From assembly GCA_964511565.1 (NCBI GenBank), contig CAZEFP010000002.1, positions 1 to 32,793 of the forward strand: a stretch of 32,793 nucleotides of DNA, read 5' to 3'. Source of the stretch: an uncultured Planctomycetaceae bacterium. GTDB lineage: Bacteria; Planctomycetota; UBA1135; GCA-002686595. Positions 1 to 8,739 of the stretch are shown in pieces (within the stretch, counting starts at the first letter, position 1; each line of letters begins with the position of its first letter). The notes beneath the pieces are model-generated. The model saw only the letters and a program-made list of their open reading frames with translations, had not been told where the DNA came from and ran no database searches. The position numbers and the translations under genes were made by a program.

Positions 1-2
1 GG

Positions 3-296
3 GCGGCCGCGAGCTGGGTCGGCTTCCAGACCGTCTCCGGCAAGAAGGGCGCCATCGTCCACGGGGCCACCGTCTCCATCGCTCGCGGTGAAGAGGGCAA
101 GCGCCAGTACCGTCAGGCGAACCCCGCCTACAGCTACCTCTCGAGCAACGACCCGCGGGCTCACTTCGGGCTCGGCGGCGCCGCCGTGGCGAAGGACGTG
201 CAGGTGCGCTGGCCCGACGGCTCCGTGGAGTCCTTCGGGGACCGCCCCGCCGGGCAGTACCACGTCCTCGAGAAGGGCGCGGGCCAGAAGCAGTGA
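3..296 (+). CDS. 3' end of a CRTAC1/FG-GAP-type protein (ASPIC/UnbV C-terminal domain), partial
   Basis: Not in the ORF track. Frame 3 read by hand gives ...ANPAYSYLSSNDPRAHFGLG...VQVRWPDG...KQ* (TGA 294-296), matching the ASPIC/UnbV signature SYLSxxDxRxHFGLG...VxWPxG. Confidence 0.85.
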   Translation, partial: AAASWVGFQTVSGKKGAIVHGATVSIARGEEGKRQYRQANPAYSYLSSNDPRAHFGLGGAAVAKDVQVRWPDGSVESFGDRPAGQYHVLEKGAGQKQ

Positions 297-303
297 GACG
301 CCG

Positions 304-326
304 GGCGCCGCCCTCGACGCGGCGCC
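304..326. other. 8-bp GC hairpin between genes (ggcgccgc-N7-gcggcgcc)
   Basis: Perfect inverted repeat just after the stop at 296. No U-tract, so its role is uncertain. Confidence 0.3.
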
Positions 327-335
327 GCGATCAAC

Positions 336-1199
336 ATGGCCACCCCTACCCCCACCCACGTCGCCGCGGTCCTCTTCCGGGAGGCGCCTGCCCTGGAGCG
401 TCTCTTCGAGGTGTACCGCAGGCTCCCCGATACCAGCGATGTGATCCTGGAGTCGACCCACGTTCGCCTGGACACCCCGGCAGGGGTCGTGCACGCGTCC
501 ACGTTCGGCGCGCCCTGGCCTGACATGGACCCTGAGTCCCTGGAGGAGCTGGGCGGGGTCGGCGCGGGGATCCACCCCGGCGCGCTGCGACGCGCCGCGG
601 ACCAGAGCGTGGTGTGGCCCGGAGGCGCCCTCGCCGCCGAGGCGCACCAGGGCTTCGTGCACCTGATCATGGCCGAGGGCACCGGGCCCCCCCAGGCCCA
701 GGTGGAAGAGCTCGAGCGTCTTGCGCTCGCGATGCTCGCCGACCCCGCGAGCCTGTGCCTCTTCTTCCCCTGGGGCGAGGCCCTGCGCGACGGCCACGTG
801 ATGGGCCACATCCGCGCAGCGGCCCAGGAGCAGGGGGCGGTGCCGCTCCAGAACTGGGTCAATGGCCGGCTCGCGCAGAGCGCCGAGGGCGCGGTCATCG
901 CGGACCTCATCGGGCTCGGGCTCGTCGGACTCCCCGACACCGAGGCGGTCTTCCCCGAGCGCCCGGACCTGCCCCCTTACGAGGTCCTCGGCTTCCTCCT
1001 CGACATCGCCCACCACCTCGCCCTCGAGGGCGGCGCCCTCGAGGAGGGCGTCGTGTACGAGGGGCCCGGCGGCCTCCGATGGCGCGCGGGCCTCGACGTC
1101 GAGTCACAGATCGAACCCGCGCGGCAGGTGGTCCGCTGGATCCCCCTCTCCCCTGGAGAGGACGCCGGCGGGAGCGCCAACGCGGAGGCGGGCGAGTGA
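336..1199 (+). CDS. Hypothetical protein, C-terminal DUF4261-like domain
   Basis: 287-aa ORF with GC3-biased codons. The C-terminal GLGLVGLPDTE...LLDIAHHL..EG...G..W...S...P.R.V pattern resembles DUF4261. Confidence 0.6.
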   Translation: MATPTPTHVAAVLFREAPALERLFEVYRRLPDTSDVILESTHVRLDTPAGVVHASTFGAPWPDMDPESLEELGGVGAGIHPGALRRAADQSVVWPGGALAAEAHQGFVHLIMAEGTGPPQAQVEELERLALAMLADPASLCLFFPWGEALRDGHVMGHIRAAAQEQGAVPLQNWVNGRLAQSAEGAVIADLIGLGLVGLPDTEAVFPERPDLPPYEVLGFLLDIAHHLALEGGALEEGVVYEGPGGLRWRAGLDVESQIEPARQVVRWIPLSPGEDAGGSANAEAGE

Positions 1200-1930
1200 C
1201 CCCCAACAGCAAGAACATCGAGCACTTCGGTGCCACCCTCGCGGCCCTGGATGGAGAGGTGGACTGGGACCTCGTGGCCACGGTCTACTGCGAGGGGGAA
1301 GCGGACGGCTTCTTCGACGAGGAGCGGCGCGGCGCGGTGCTCGACTCGGGCCTCAAGCTCGCCTCGGACCTCGGCGAGGAGCTGGCGCCGGGCGGCAGGT
1401 CGCTCTACGTCGGCGCCGCGGTCGCCGAGCTCGCGCCCATGCTCTTCGAGGCCATCGTCCTCGGCCGCCGGGTCGTCTGGAAGGCGCTGCCTTCCGTGGA
1501 GATGGAGGAGCTGACCCGCGCCCTGCGCGCCGTGTCGGTCGAAGGGCGCTCGGCCCTGCCGGTCCCCAAGACCGAACGGTGGGTTGGCCGCGAGCTCGGG
1601 CGCTGCGACCACGTCTGGATGACCAGCGTGCTCACGGACCCCGACGCCTTCCCCGCCCTGCACGACGCCCTCTACAAGCGGCAGGGCACGCCCGAGGCCG
1701 TCGGCGGCGGACATCCCAAGGAGGAGCGTCGCAGGGCTCGTGAGCTGGTGGACGAGGCGCTGATCGCGTCCGGAGAGGGCGCCGTGATCACCACCTCCGA
1801 GGAGGAGCTCCAGGTCTGGGAGGCCGCGGCGGAGGAGATCGGGCTCACCCTCGAGGTCGCCCCCACCGGCCGCATGTCCGGGGTCGTCGGCGACGTCATC
1901 CGCCGCGGGCGCCTGCGCCGGCGGGCCTAG
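1196..1930 (+). CDS. Hypothetical protein, possibly a degenerate class I SAM-methyltransferase-like fold
   Basis: GTG start overlaps the upstream stop (GTGA 1196-1199). The protein-like part of ORF 614..1930 begins here (VTPNSKNIEHF...). LYVGAAVAE and CDHVWMTSVL weakly resemble MTase motifs. Confidence 0.6.
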   Translation: MTPNSKNIEHFGATLAALDGEVDWDLVATVYCEGEADGFFDEERRGAVLDSGLKLASDLGEELAPGGRSLYVGAAVAELAPMLFEAIVLGRRVVWKALPSVEMEELTRALRAVSVEGRSALPVPKTERWVGRELGRCDHVWMTSVLTDPDAFPALHDALYKRQGTPEAVGGGHPKEERRRARELVDEALIASGEGAVITTSEEELQVWEAAAEEIGLTLEVAPTGRMSGVVGDVIRRGRLRRRA

Positions 1931-2022
1931 CGCATCAAATCGAATCAAATGGCCCCGGCCGGCATCGGGGCGGTCCTTTCCCTCCTGTGGCCGATGTGCC
2001 CGGGACGAGACATAGGAGAGGC

Positions 2023-4215
2023 ATGGTCGACGACAGCAGTTCGAATGGCCCTCGCTCCGGGGACCGGGGGAGGGAGGCTCCGGGAGAGGCCCCGTCAGGT
2101 CAGGACGGCGCGGCGCCCGAGCACTTCATCAACCGCGAGCTCAGCCTCCTGGAGTTCAATCGGAGGGTCCTCGCCCAGGCCCTGGACGAGTCCATCCCGC
2201 TCCTCGAGCGGCTCCGCTTCCTGACCATCTCGAGCACGAACCTCGATGAGTTCTTCGAGGTCCGCAAGGCGTCCCACCAGGAGCGCCTGACGCTCCGGTC
2301 CAGCAGCATTGGCTTCGACGGCCGTGCGACCCACCAGCTCCTGGGCGATATCTCGACCGAGGCGGCCAAGCTCGTGCGCGAGCAGTACGAGGTGCTCAAC
2401 GACGTCCTCCTCCCGCTGCTCGCCTCCGAGGGCATCAAGGTGCTCAAGCGCCAGCTGTGGACGCCGGACCAGGCCGCGTGGATCCAGGGGTTCTTCGGCA
2501 AGGAGGTCGAGCCGATCCTCACGCCCGTCGGCCTCGACCCCTCCCATCCGTTCCCCAAGATCCTCAACAAGAGCCTCAACTTCATCGTCATCGTCGAGGG
2601 CGAGGACGCCTTCGGCCGCGACACCGGGCTCGGCGTGGTCCAGGTCCCGCGCGCGCTCCCGCGCCTCATCTCCCTGCCCCCGTCGGTCCGCGGTGACGAC
2701 CTGGCGTTCGTGCTCCTCTCGTCGGTCATCCACGCCCACGTGGAGACGCTCTTCCCGGGCATGCGGGTGGTCGGATGCCACCAGTTCCGCGTCACCCGGA
2801 ACAGCGAGCTCTGGGTGGATGACGAGGAGGTGGAGAACATCCTCGAGGCCCTGGAGGGCGAGCTGCCCGAGCGGAAGTACGCCGAGGCCGTGCGCCTCGA
2901 GGTGGCCGCCGATTGCCCGGAGAAGGTGGTGCGCTTCCTGAGGCAGCGCTTCGAGCTCGAGAACTCCGACGTGTACCGCGTCCAGGGCCCCGTCAACGTG
3001 GGCCGCCTCGACGTGCTCCACGGCATGGTGGACCGCCCGGACCTCAAGTATCCGCCGCTGACCCCGCGCGTCCCCCGTGCCCTGGCCCGCGCGGAGGACC
3101 CGTTCGCGGCGGTGCGAGAGCGCGACATCCTCCTGCACCACCCCTACGAGTCCTTCGCTCCGGTGATCGACCTGGTGCGCCGCGCGGCCTCGGATCCGGA
3201 CGTGCTCGCCATCAAGCAGACCCTGTATCGCACGGAGCGGAACTCGGCCATCGTCGCCGCCCTGGTCGAGGCGGCGAAGAACGGCAAGCAGGTGGTGGCG
3301 GTCGTCGAGCTCCGCGCGCGCTTCGACGAGGCGGAGAACATCGACCTGGCGAACCAGCTCCAGGAGGTCGGCGCCCAGGTCGTGTACGGGATCGTGGGCT
3401 ACAAGACCCACTCGAAGATGACGCTCATCGTTCGCCGCGAGCCGGACGGCCTCGTGCGGTACGTGCACCTCGGCACCGGGAACTACCACGCCCGAACCGC
3501 CCGGACCTACACCGACCTGGGCTTCCTGACCGCGGACCCTCGGATCGCGGAGGACGTGCACCAGGTCTTCCATCGGCTCACGGGGCTGGGCGCCACCCGT
3601 CCCCTCCAGCTCCTGCTCGACGCGCCGTTCACCCTGCGGCAAGACATGCGCCGCCGCATCCGGCAGGAGGCCGACAACGCCCGTGCAGGGCGGCCCGCGA
3701 GGATCATCGCGAAGATGAACGCGCTCACGGAGGTGAACACGATCCGCGCCCTCTACGAGGCGAGCTCCGCAGGCGTGAAGATCGACCTCATCGTGCGCGG
3801 CGCCTGCTGCGCGCGGCCGGGCATCCCCGGCATCTCGGAGAACATCCGGGTCCGGTCCGTCCTCGGCCGCTTCCTGGAACACTCCCGGCTCTTCTACTTC
3901 GAGGACGGCGGACGCGGGGCGGTCTTCGCGTCGAGCGCGGATTGGATGTCACGCAACCTCTACCGAAGGGTCGAGACGTGCTTCCCCATCCTCGACCCCG
4001 CCCTCAAGAAGCGCGTGATCGAGGAGGACCTGATGGTCTACCTCGGCGACGACGTGGCGGCCTGGGAGCTCCAGCCCGACGGGAGCCACCGGCGCACGGG
4101 CGGGAGCCTGGACCCGCAGCAGGAGATCCTCCGCAGGATGGGCATCGGGTCCGAACCCGACGGCGACGATCCGGACGCCGCCGCTGGCGGGATTCACGGG
4201 CTGAGGTCGATCTAG
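2023..4215 (+). CDS. ppk1: Polyphosphate kinase 1
   Basis: INRELSLLEFN, NLDEFFEVR, HPFP, LLHHPYESF, IKQTLYRT, ELRARFDE, KTHSK, HLGTGNY, RFLEHSR, SADWMSRNL. ATG 2023 is preceded by an AGGAGA RBS. Confidence 0.97.
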   Translation: MVDDSSSNGPRSGDRGREAPGEAPSGQDGAAPEHFINRELSLLEFNRRVLAQALDESIPLLERLRFLTISSTNLDEFFEVRKASHQERLTLRSSSIGFDGRATHQLLGDISTEAAKLVREQYEVLNDVLLPLLASEGIKVLKRQLWTPDQAAWIQGFFGKEVEPILTPVGLDPSHPFPKILNKSLNFIVIVEGEDAFGRDTGLGVVQVPRALPRLISLPPSVRGDDLAFVLLSSVIHAHVETLFPGMRVVGCHQFRVTRNSELWVDDEEVENILEALEGELPERKYAEAVRLEVAADCPEKVVRFLRQRFELENSDVYRVQGPVNVGRLDVLHGMVDRPDLKYPPLTPRVPRALARAEDPFAAVRERDILLHHPYESFAPVIDLVRRAASDPDVLAIKQTLYRTERNSAIVAALVEAAKNGKQVVAVVELRARFDEAENIDLANQLQEVGAQVVYGIVGYKTHSKMTLIVRREPDGLVRYVHLGTGNYHARTARTYTDLGFLTADPRIAEDVHQVFHRLTGLGATRPLQLLLDAPFTLRQDMRRRIRQEADNARAGRPARIIAKMNALTEVNTIRALYEASSAGVKIDLIVRGACCARPGIPGISENIRVRSVLGRFLEHSRLFYFEDGGRGAVFASSADWMSRNLYRRVETCFPILDPALKKRVIEEDLMVYLGDDVAAWELQPDGSHRRTGGSLDPQQEILRRMGIGSEPDGDDPDAAAGGIHGLRSI

Positions 4216-4329
4216 CCGGCGCGGAGAGCCGCTAACATCGCGGCCGGGTGGCCCTCTTCGGCGACCCAGACGGCGCCCGCCGTGGGGCGCCTCTCCCGCG
4301 GCCCACAGCCCCCCTCTCCTCCCACGACC

Positions 4330-5064
4330 ATGTCGACCGGCATCCAGAAGATCGAGCTCGAGTACACCGCCGCCGGGACCACCTGCAAGGGCTACCTCGC
4401 GCTCCCCGCCGACACGTCGGGGCCCGTGCCCGGGGTCATCGTGCTGCACGAGTGGTGGGGCTGCGACGAGTACGTCCGCGCCCGCGCGGACCAGCTGGCG
4501 GGGCTTGGCTACGCGGCCATCGCGGCGGACATGTACGGCGACGGCCAGCGGGCCGACGACCCCGAGGCAGCGGGCGCGCTGATGGGCGGGCTGATGGGTG
4601 ACGCGGCCGCGCTCTCGGCGCGCTTCGAGGCGGCGCGCGAGGCCCTGACCTCCAGGCCCGAGGTCGACGGCGGGCGCATCGCGGCAGCGGGCTACTGCAT
4701 GGGCGGCGGCATCGCCCTCGAGATGGCCCGGGCCGGGGCCGAGCTCGCCGCTGTCGTCAGCTTCCACGGGTCGCTGGAGACCACGAACCCTGCCAGCGCC
4801 GGCGCCGTCCGGGCGAGGCTGCTCGTGTGCACGGGCGCCGCCGACCCCTTCGTCCCCGCCGAGCACGTGGAGGGCCTTCGGTCAGAGATGGACGCGGCGG
4901 GGGCACACTGCGAGATCGTCGCTTACCCCGACGTGGTGCACGCCTTCACGAACCCCGGCGCCACGGCCCGCGGGGAGCGCTTTGGCCTGCCCCTGCGCCA
5001 CGACGAGGGCGCGGACCAGGACAGCTGGGCGCGCATGGCGGCCCTGCTGGCCGAGGTCTTCTGA
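4330..5064 (+). CDS. Dienelactone hydrolase family protein
   Basis: HEWWG, nucleophile GYCMGG, GAADP, HAFTNP (Cys-Asp-His triad). ATG at 4330. Confidence 0.92.
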   Translation: MSTGIQKIELEYTAAGTTCKGYLALPADTSGPVPGVIVLHEWWGCDEYVRARADQLAGLGYAAIAADMYGDGQRADDPEAAGALMGGLMGDAAALSARFEAAREALTSRPEVDGGRIAAAGYCMGGGIALEMARAGAELAAVVSFHGSLETTNPASAGAVRARLLVCTGAADPFVPAEHVEGLRSEMDAAGAHCEIVAYPDVVHAFTNPGATARGERFGLPLRHDEGADQDSWARMAALLAEVF

Positions 5065-5103
5065 GCGGCGCGGAGCGACCGTCTGAAGGGCGCGCCGGCC
5101 CGA

Positions 5104-6054
5104 TCACTCTCCCCAGAGCTCGGCGGCCGGGTACGGCCCCCCCGCTCGCTCCCAGAAGGTCCCCGTGACGAAACGGAACCGCCGGTCTAGCGCGGCCAGG
5201 CGCGCCATCTGAGCGTCGGTCAGGGTGAGCTCCGCGGCCGCGAGGTTCTCGGCCAGCCGGCCCCGGTGGACCGACTTGGGGATCACGGAGGTCCCGCGCT
5301 GGAGGGCCCACGCGATGAGCACCTGGGCGGCCGAGGCCCCTTGCTCCGCCGCGATCTCTCTCACCACCCCGTCCTCGAGCAGCAGCGGCTCGTCCTCGCC
5401 CTTCATCGTCTCCGGCCGGTCCATGGACCCCAGCGGTGAGTACGCCGTCGGCAGGACGCCCAGGGCGCGGCTCCCGTCCACCAGGGCCTGCTGCTGCAGG
5501 TAGGGGTGGAGCTCCACCTGGATCACCTCCGGCGGGGACGCGAGGCCGGCGTGGGCCCGCAGGCGCTCGAGGTTGTAGTTCGAGACGCCGATGTGCCGCG
5601 TGAGCCCGAGCTCCAGCGCCGCGGTCATCCCCGCCCAGGTCTCCTCGAGGGGCACCTCCGCCAGCGTGAGGAAGTCCTCGGGACCCTTCGGGCCCACCAC
5701 GTCGAAGCGAACGGCCACCGGCCAGTGCACCAGGTAGAGGTCGAGGTACTCGACCCCCAGCGCCTCGATCGACGCGCGGAGTCCCAGCTCGACCTCTTCC
5801 TCCCGGTGCCGGTTGCACCAGAGCTTCGAGGTGATCCACAGGTCGTCCCGGGTGACGAGCCCCTCGTCGAAGGCCCGGCCCAGCGCCGCGCCGATCTCCT
5901 CCTCGTTGCCATAGATGGCCGCGCAGTCGAGGTGTCGATAGCCGAGCTCCAGCGCGGTGAAGACCGCCTCTCCCACCTCGCCAGGGGCGGCCTTCCAGGT
6001 CCCGAGCCCGAGAAGGGGCATCCGATCTCCGTTGTGGAACTCGTGAAATCTCAT
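5104..6054 (-). CDS. Aldo/keto reductase (AKR1-like NADP-dependent alcohol dehydrogenase)
   Basis: LGLGTW, GYRHLDCAAIY, ITSKLW, DLYLVHWP, IGVSNY, QVELHPY, AYSPLG, IPKS. Start overlaps the ppx stop. Confidence 0.95.
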   Translation of the reverse strand: MRFHEFHNGDRMPLLGLGTWKAAPGEVGEAVFTALELGYRHLDCAAIYGNEEEIGAALGRAFDEGLVTRDDLWITSKLWCNRHREEEVELGLRASIEALGVEYLDLYLVHWPVAVRFDVVGPKGPEDFLTLAEVPLEETWAGMTAALELGLTRHIGVSNYNLERLRAHAGLASPPEVIQVELHPYLQQQALVDGSRALGVLPTAYSPLGSMDRPETMKGEDEPLLLEDGVVREIAAEQGASAAQVLIAWALQRGTSVIPKSVHRGRLAENLAAAELTLTDAQMARLAALDRRFRFVTGTFWERAGGPYPAAELWGE

Positions 6055-7559
6055 GGGGTCTCCGTGATCTCCAGGGTCAGGCCGAGGGACTCGAGGTGCC
6101 GCGCCTCGCGAACCAGATCAGCCCGCGTGAGCGGGTTCTTGTCCAGCCACCCGGGGCTGAACTCAAGCACGAGGCCCCCCACCGACGCCCTCAACGTCGG
6201 CGCAGGGATCGGGCGCTCGGTTCGGTCCCGCCGCATGCGGAGGGCCAGGCGCATGAGCGGAAGGAGGCGCCGGATCGTCCGGGCACGCTTGGGCGGCAGG
6301 TCCTCCAGGGAACCCAGCCGCGGGCGCCGACGCTGGCCGTGAATGAGCGCCGCGATCTCCTGGCGGTCCCGGGCGGAGAACCCGGCGAGGTCCGCGTGCT
6401 CGACGAGGTACGCCCCGTGGCGGTGGTAGGCCGAGTGGGCGACGGCGAGGCCCACGTCGTGCAGCTGCGCCGCCCAGCCGAGGAGGAGCCGGTCCTCGGC
6501 GGACAGCCCGAGGGGGCCGGACACCTGATCGAAGAGCGCCTCGGCCAGCTCGCGACATCGGGCACCGTGCGCTGGGTCCTGGCCGAGCCGGTCCCCGAAG
6601 GCTGCCGCGCTGACCTCGCGGACGTCCTCGTGGTGGATCCTCCCCACGAGGTCATGGAGCAGCCCCTCCCGCAGCGCGCCGCCCGACGGACGCATCACCT
6701 CCACGGAAAAGGCCTCGAAGACCGCCGTGAGCACGGCCACGCCTCCGGCGATCACCTCCCTGCGATCCGCGCGGAGCCCATCAAGGTCGAGCTCTCCAGG
6801 CCTGCGGACCTCCTCGAGGTGTTCCTGGAGGCGAGCGAGCCCCTCGCGGGTGACCTCCCCATCGGTCCACCCCTTCCCCTCGAGGACGGACCCCACCGCG
6901 CGAATCGTGCCGCTGGAGCCGATGGCGTGGTCCCAGTTGGACGGGCCGTAGCGCTCCGCGATGGGCTCGAGCTCGACCCTCGCGGCCAGCGCGGCCCTCT
7001 CGAAGCGCCCCTTCTTCATCAGCCCGTCCCCGAAGAACCGCTGGCTCCAGGTGACGCAGCCCATGGAGAGGCTGTCTCTCCGAGTGGAGACGAAGCGCTT
7101 CCCGAGGATGCACTCGGTGCTCGCCCCGCCGATGTCCACCACCAGCCGACGACCGTCATCGTCGCCGAGGGTGTGCGCCACGCCCAGGTAAACCAGGCGC
7201 GCCTCCTCCGTACCGGACACGATCTCGATGTCCACGCCAAGGGCCTCGGAGGCCTTCCTCAGGAACGCCCCCCGGTCCCGTAGCTTGCGGAACGTCGCGG
7301 TGCCGACCGCCCGGACACGGCCTGGGGGGATGCCCTGGATCCTCTCGGACATACGCTCGAGCGTCGCCAGCGCCCGCGCCTGGACCACACCGCTCAGCTG
7401 GCGGTCCTCGAGCCCCTCCGCGAGCGCCACCCGCTCGCGCAGCTTGTCCACCATGAGCAGCTGGCCGTCGACCTCCCTGGCCACCACCAGGTGGAACGAA
7501 TTGGAGCCCAGGTCCACGGCGGCGACGGCCGCGTCATCGTGCTCTCGCCCCCTCGTCAC
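6051..7559 (-). CDS. ppx: Exopolyphosphatase Ppx/GppA
   Basis: DLGSNSFH, GTATFR, EEARL, DIGGASTE, ALREG, and C-terminal HD-like domain LHDVG...HRHGAY. Confidence 0.95.
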   Translation of the reverse strand: MTRGREHDDAAVAAVDLGSNSFHLVVAREVDGQLLMVDKLRERVALAEGLEDRQLSGVVQARALATLERMSERIQGIPPGRVRAVGTATFRKLRDRGAFLRKASEALGVDIEIVSGTEEARLVYLGVAHTLGDDDGRRLVVDIGGASTECILGKRFVSTRRDSLSMGCVTWSQRFFGDGLMKKGRFERAALAARVELEPIAERYGPSNWDHAIGSSGTIRAVGSVLEGKGWTDGEVTREGLARLQEHLEEVRRPGELDLDGLRADRREVIAGGVAVLTAVFEAFSVEVMRPSGGALREGLLHDLVGRIHHEDVREVSAAAFGDRLGQDPAHGARCRELAEALFDQVSGPLGLSAEDRLLLGWAAQLHDVGLAVAHSAYHRHGAYLVEHADLAGFSARDRQEIAALIHGQRRRPRLGSLEDLPPKRARTIRRLLPLMRLALRMRRDRTERPIPAPTLRASVGGLVLEFSPGWLDKNPLTRADLVREARHLESLGLTLEITETP

Positions 7560-8623
7560 GCGATCAGTGAACGCAGGCGCGCGACGCGCTCGAGGGCTGC
7601 TCCGGAGTCAAGGGCGCTGGTCGCCGCGTCCACTCCCTCGGCGATGGTCATGCAGCGGCCGCAGGCCTTGAGCATGAGCGCCGCGCTGAGCAGGGTGGCC
7701 TTGCGCGCGGGGCCCGGCTCACCGGAGAGCACGGCCTGCACCGTGTCCGAGGCGGACTGGCAGAGCACAGGGTTGTCCGAGGAGCCCTGCCCGTCCTCCG
7801 CAGGCCCGAAGAGCGGGAGCTCGGGCTCGGAGGTGTCCTCGAGCCCGAAGTCCGCGGGCTCCACCGTGACGGAGACGAGGTGATCGCCGTCCAGCTCGAT
7901 GCCCCTGGTGCGCTTCGTGACGAAGGGCACCACGCTGCCCTCGGGGCCCTGGAGCGCGACGCCGCGGCGGTGCCCGAGCCCCTTCAGGACCTCGACGGCG
8001 GCACCCAGGACCGGCCCGCGCTGGGCTCCGATGAGCATGGCTGAGCCAGGTGGCGCGATGAGCTTCTCGAGGGTGGAGAGCGGCGTGCGGACGATCATGT
8101 CCCCGCGGACCTTGCGGAGCGAGAGCAGCGGCGGGCAGAGCCCGGCCACCGAGACGGTGGCGAAGCCCGCCTTGGTGATCCAGTCCTCGGCCTCCGTGGA
8201 GTCCCAGGTCATGGACAGCCCGAGCCCCTCGAGGACGTTCGCGGCCGTAAGCCCCCTCCGCGGCGGGACGCAGCGGTCCGACACGATGAGCACCCTCGCC
8301 CCCGCCGCCGCGGCGACGATGCCCGCCGCCACCTCCAGGGGAGGGATCGTGTCGTGGCCGTCCTGGGGCGGGGCGACGGTCACCAGGCCGCTCATCCCCA
8401 TGCAGGGGATCCGAGACTGGGCGCGAGCGGACATGGCCATGCCCATCAGCTCCTCGGTCGTGACGCCCTTCCACCGCAGCGTCACCAGGAAGGAGGCCAC
8501 GAGGGCGTCGCTCTCCGAACCGTTGAGGATCGCCGTGAACGCCTGGGACGCCTCCTCCCGGGAGAGGTTGCGCGGCGACTTGGGGCCGGTCCCGAAGGAA
8601 CCCATGAGGCGGCGGAGGACCAT
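7556..8623 (-). CDS. Anthranilate phosphoribosyltransferase-like protein (YbiB/TrpD2 type)
   Basis: N-terminal GTGPK..RNLSREEA...FLVTLRWKG.T.EEL is YbiB-like. TrpD fold features are present (LRKVR..M..RT, C-terminal EG...A..ALDSG.A), but the TrpD GTGGD and KHGN motifs are absent. Confidence 0.8.
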   Translation of the reverse strand: MVLRRLMGSFGTGPKSPRNLSREEASQAFTAILNGSESDALVASFLVTLRWKGVTTEELMGMAMSARAQSRIPCMGMSGLVTVAPPQDGHDTIPPLEVAAGIVAAAAGARVLIVSDRCVPPRRGLTAANVLEGLGLSMTWDSTEAEDWITKAGFATVSVAGLCPPLLSLRKVRGDMIVRTPLSTLEKLIAPPGSAMLIGAQRGPVLGAAVEVLKGLGHRRGVALQGPEGSVVPFVTKRTRGIELDGDHLVSVTVEPADFGLEDTSEPELPLFGPAEDGQGSSDNPVLCQSASDTVQAVLSGEPGPARKATLLSAALMLKACGRCMTIAEGVDAATSALDSGAALERVARLRSLIA

Positions 8624-8679
8624 GGGAGAAGTGTAACGGGTCCCCTCGTCCCCCTGCGCAGCACCTCCCGCCTAACAGA

Positions 8680-8722
8680 GGCGCGGCCGGCACCCTGCGA
8701 GGTGCAGGATGCCGGCCGCGCC
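8680..8722 (-). terminator. Putative intrinsic terminator of the amidohydrolase operon
   Basis: Minus strand reads GGCGCGGCCGGCA-TCCTGC-acctc-GCAGGG-TGCCGGCCGCGCC: a 19-bp stem with one U.G pair, followed by TCTGTT, 17 nt after the last stop. Confidence 0.7.
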
Positions 8723-8739
8723 GTGGTCATCGAGGAGGA

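Noticed and set aside
7556-8623. Calling this gene trpD
   Set aside because: It lacks the GTGGD and KHGN catalytic motifs, and no trp genes are nearby.
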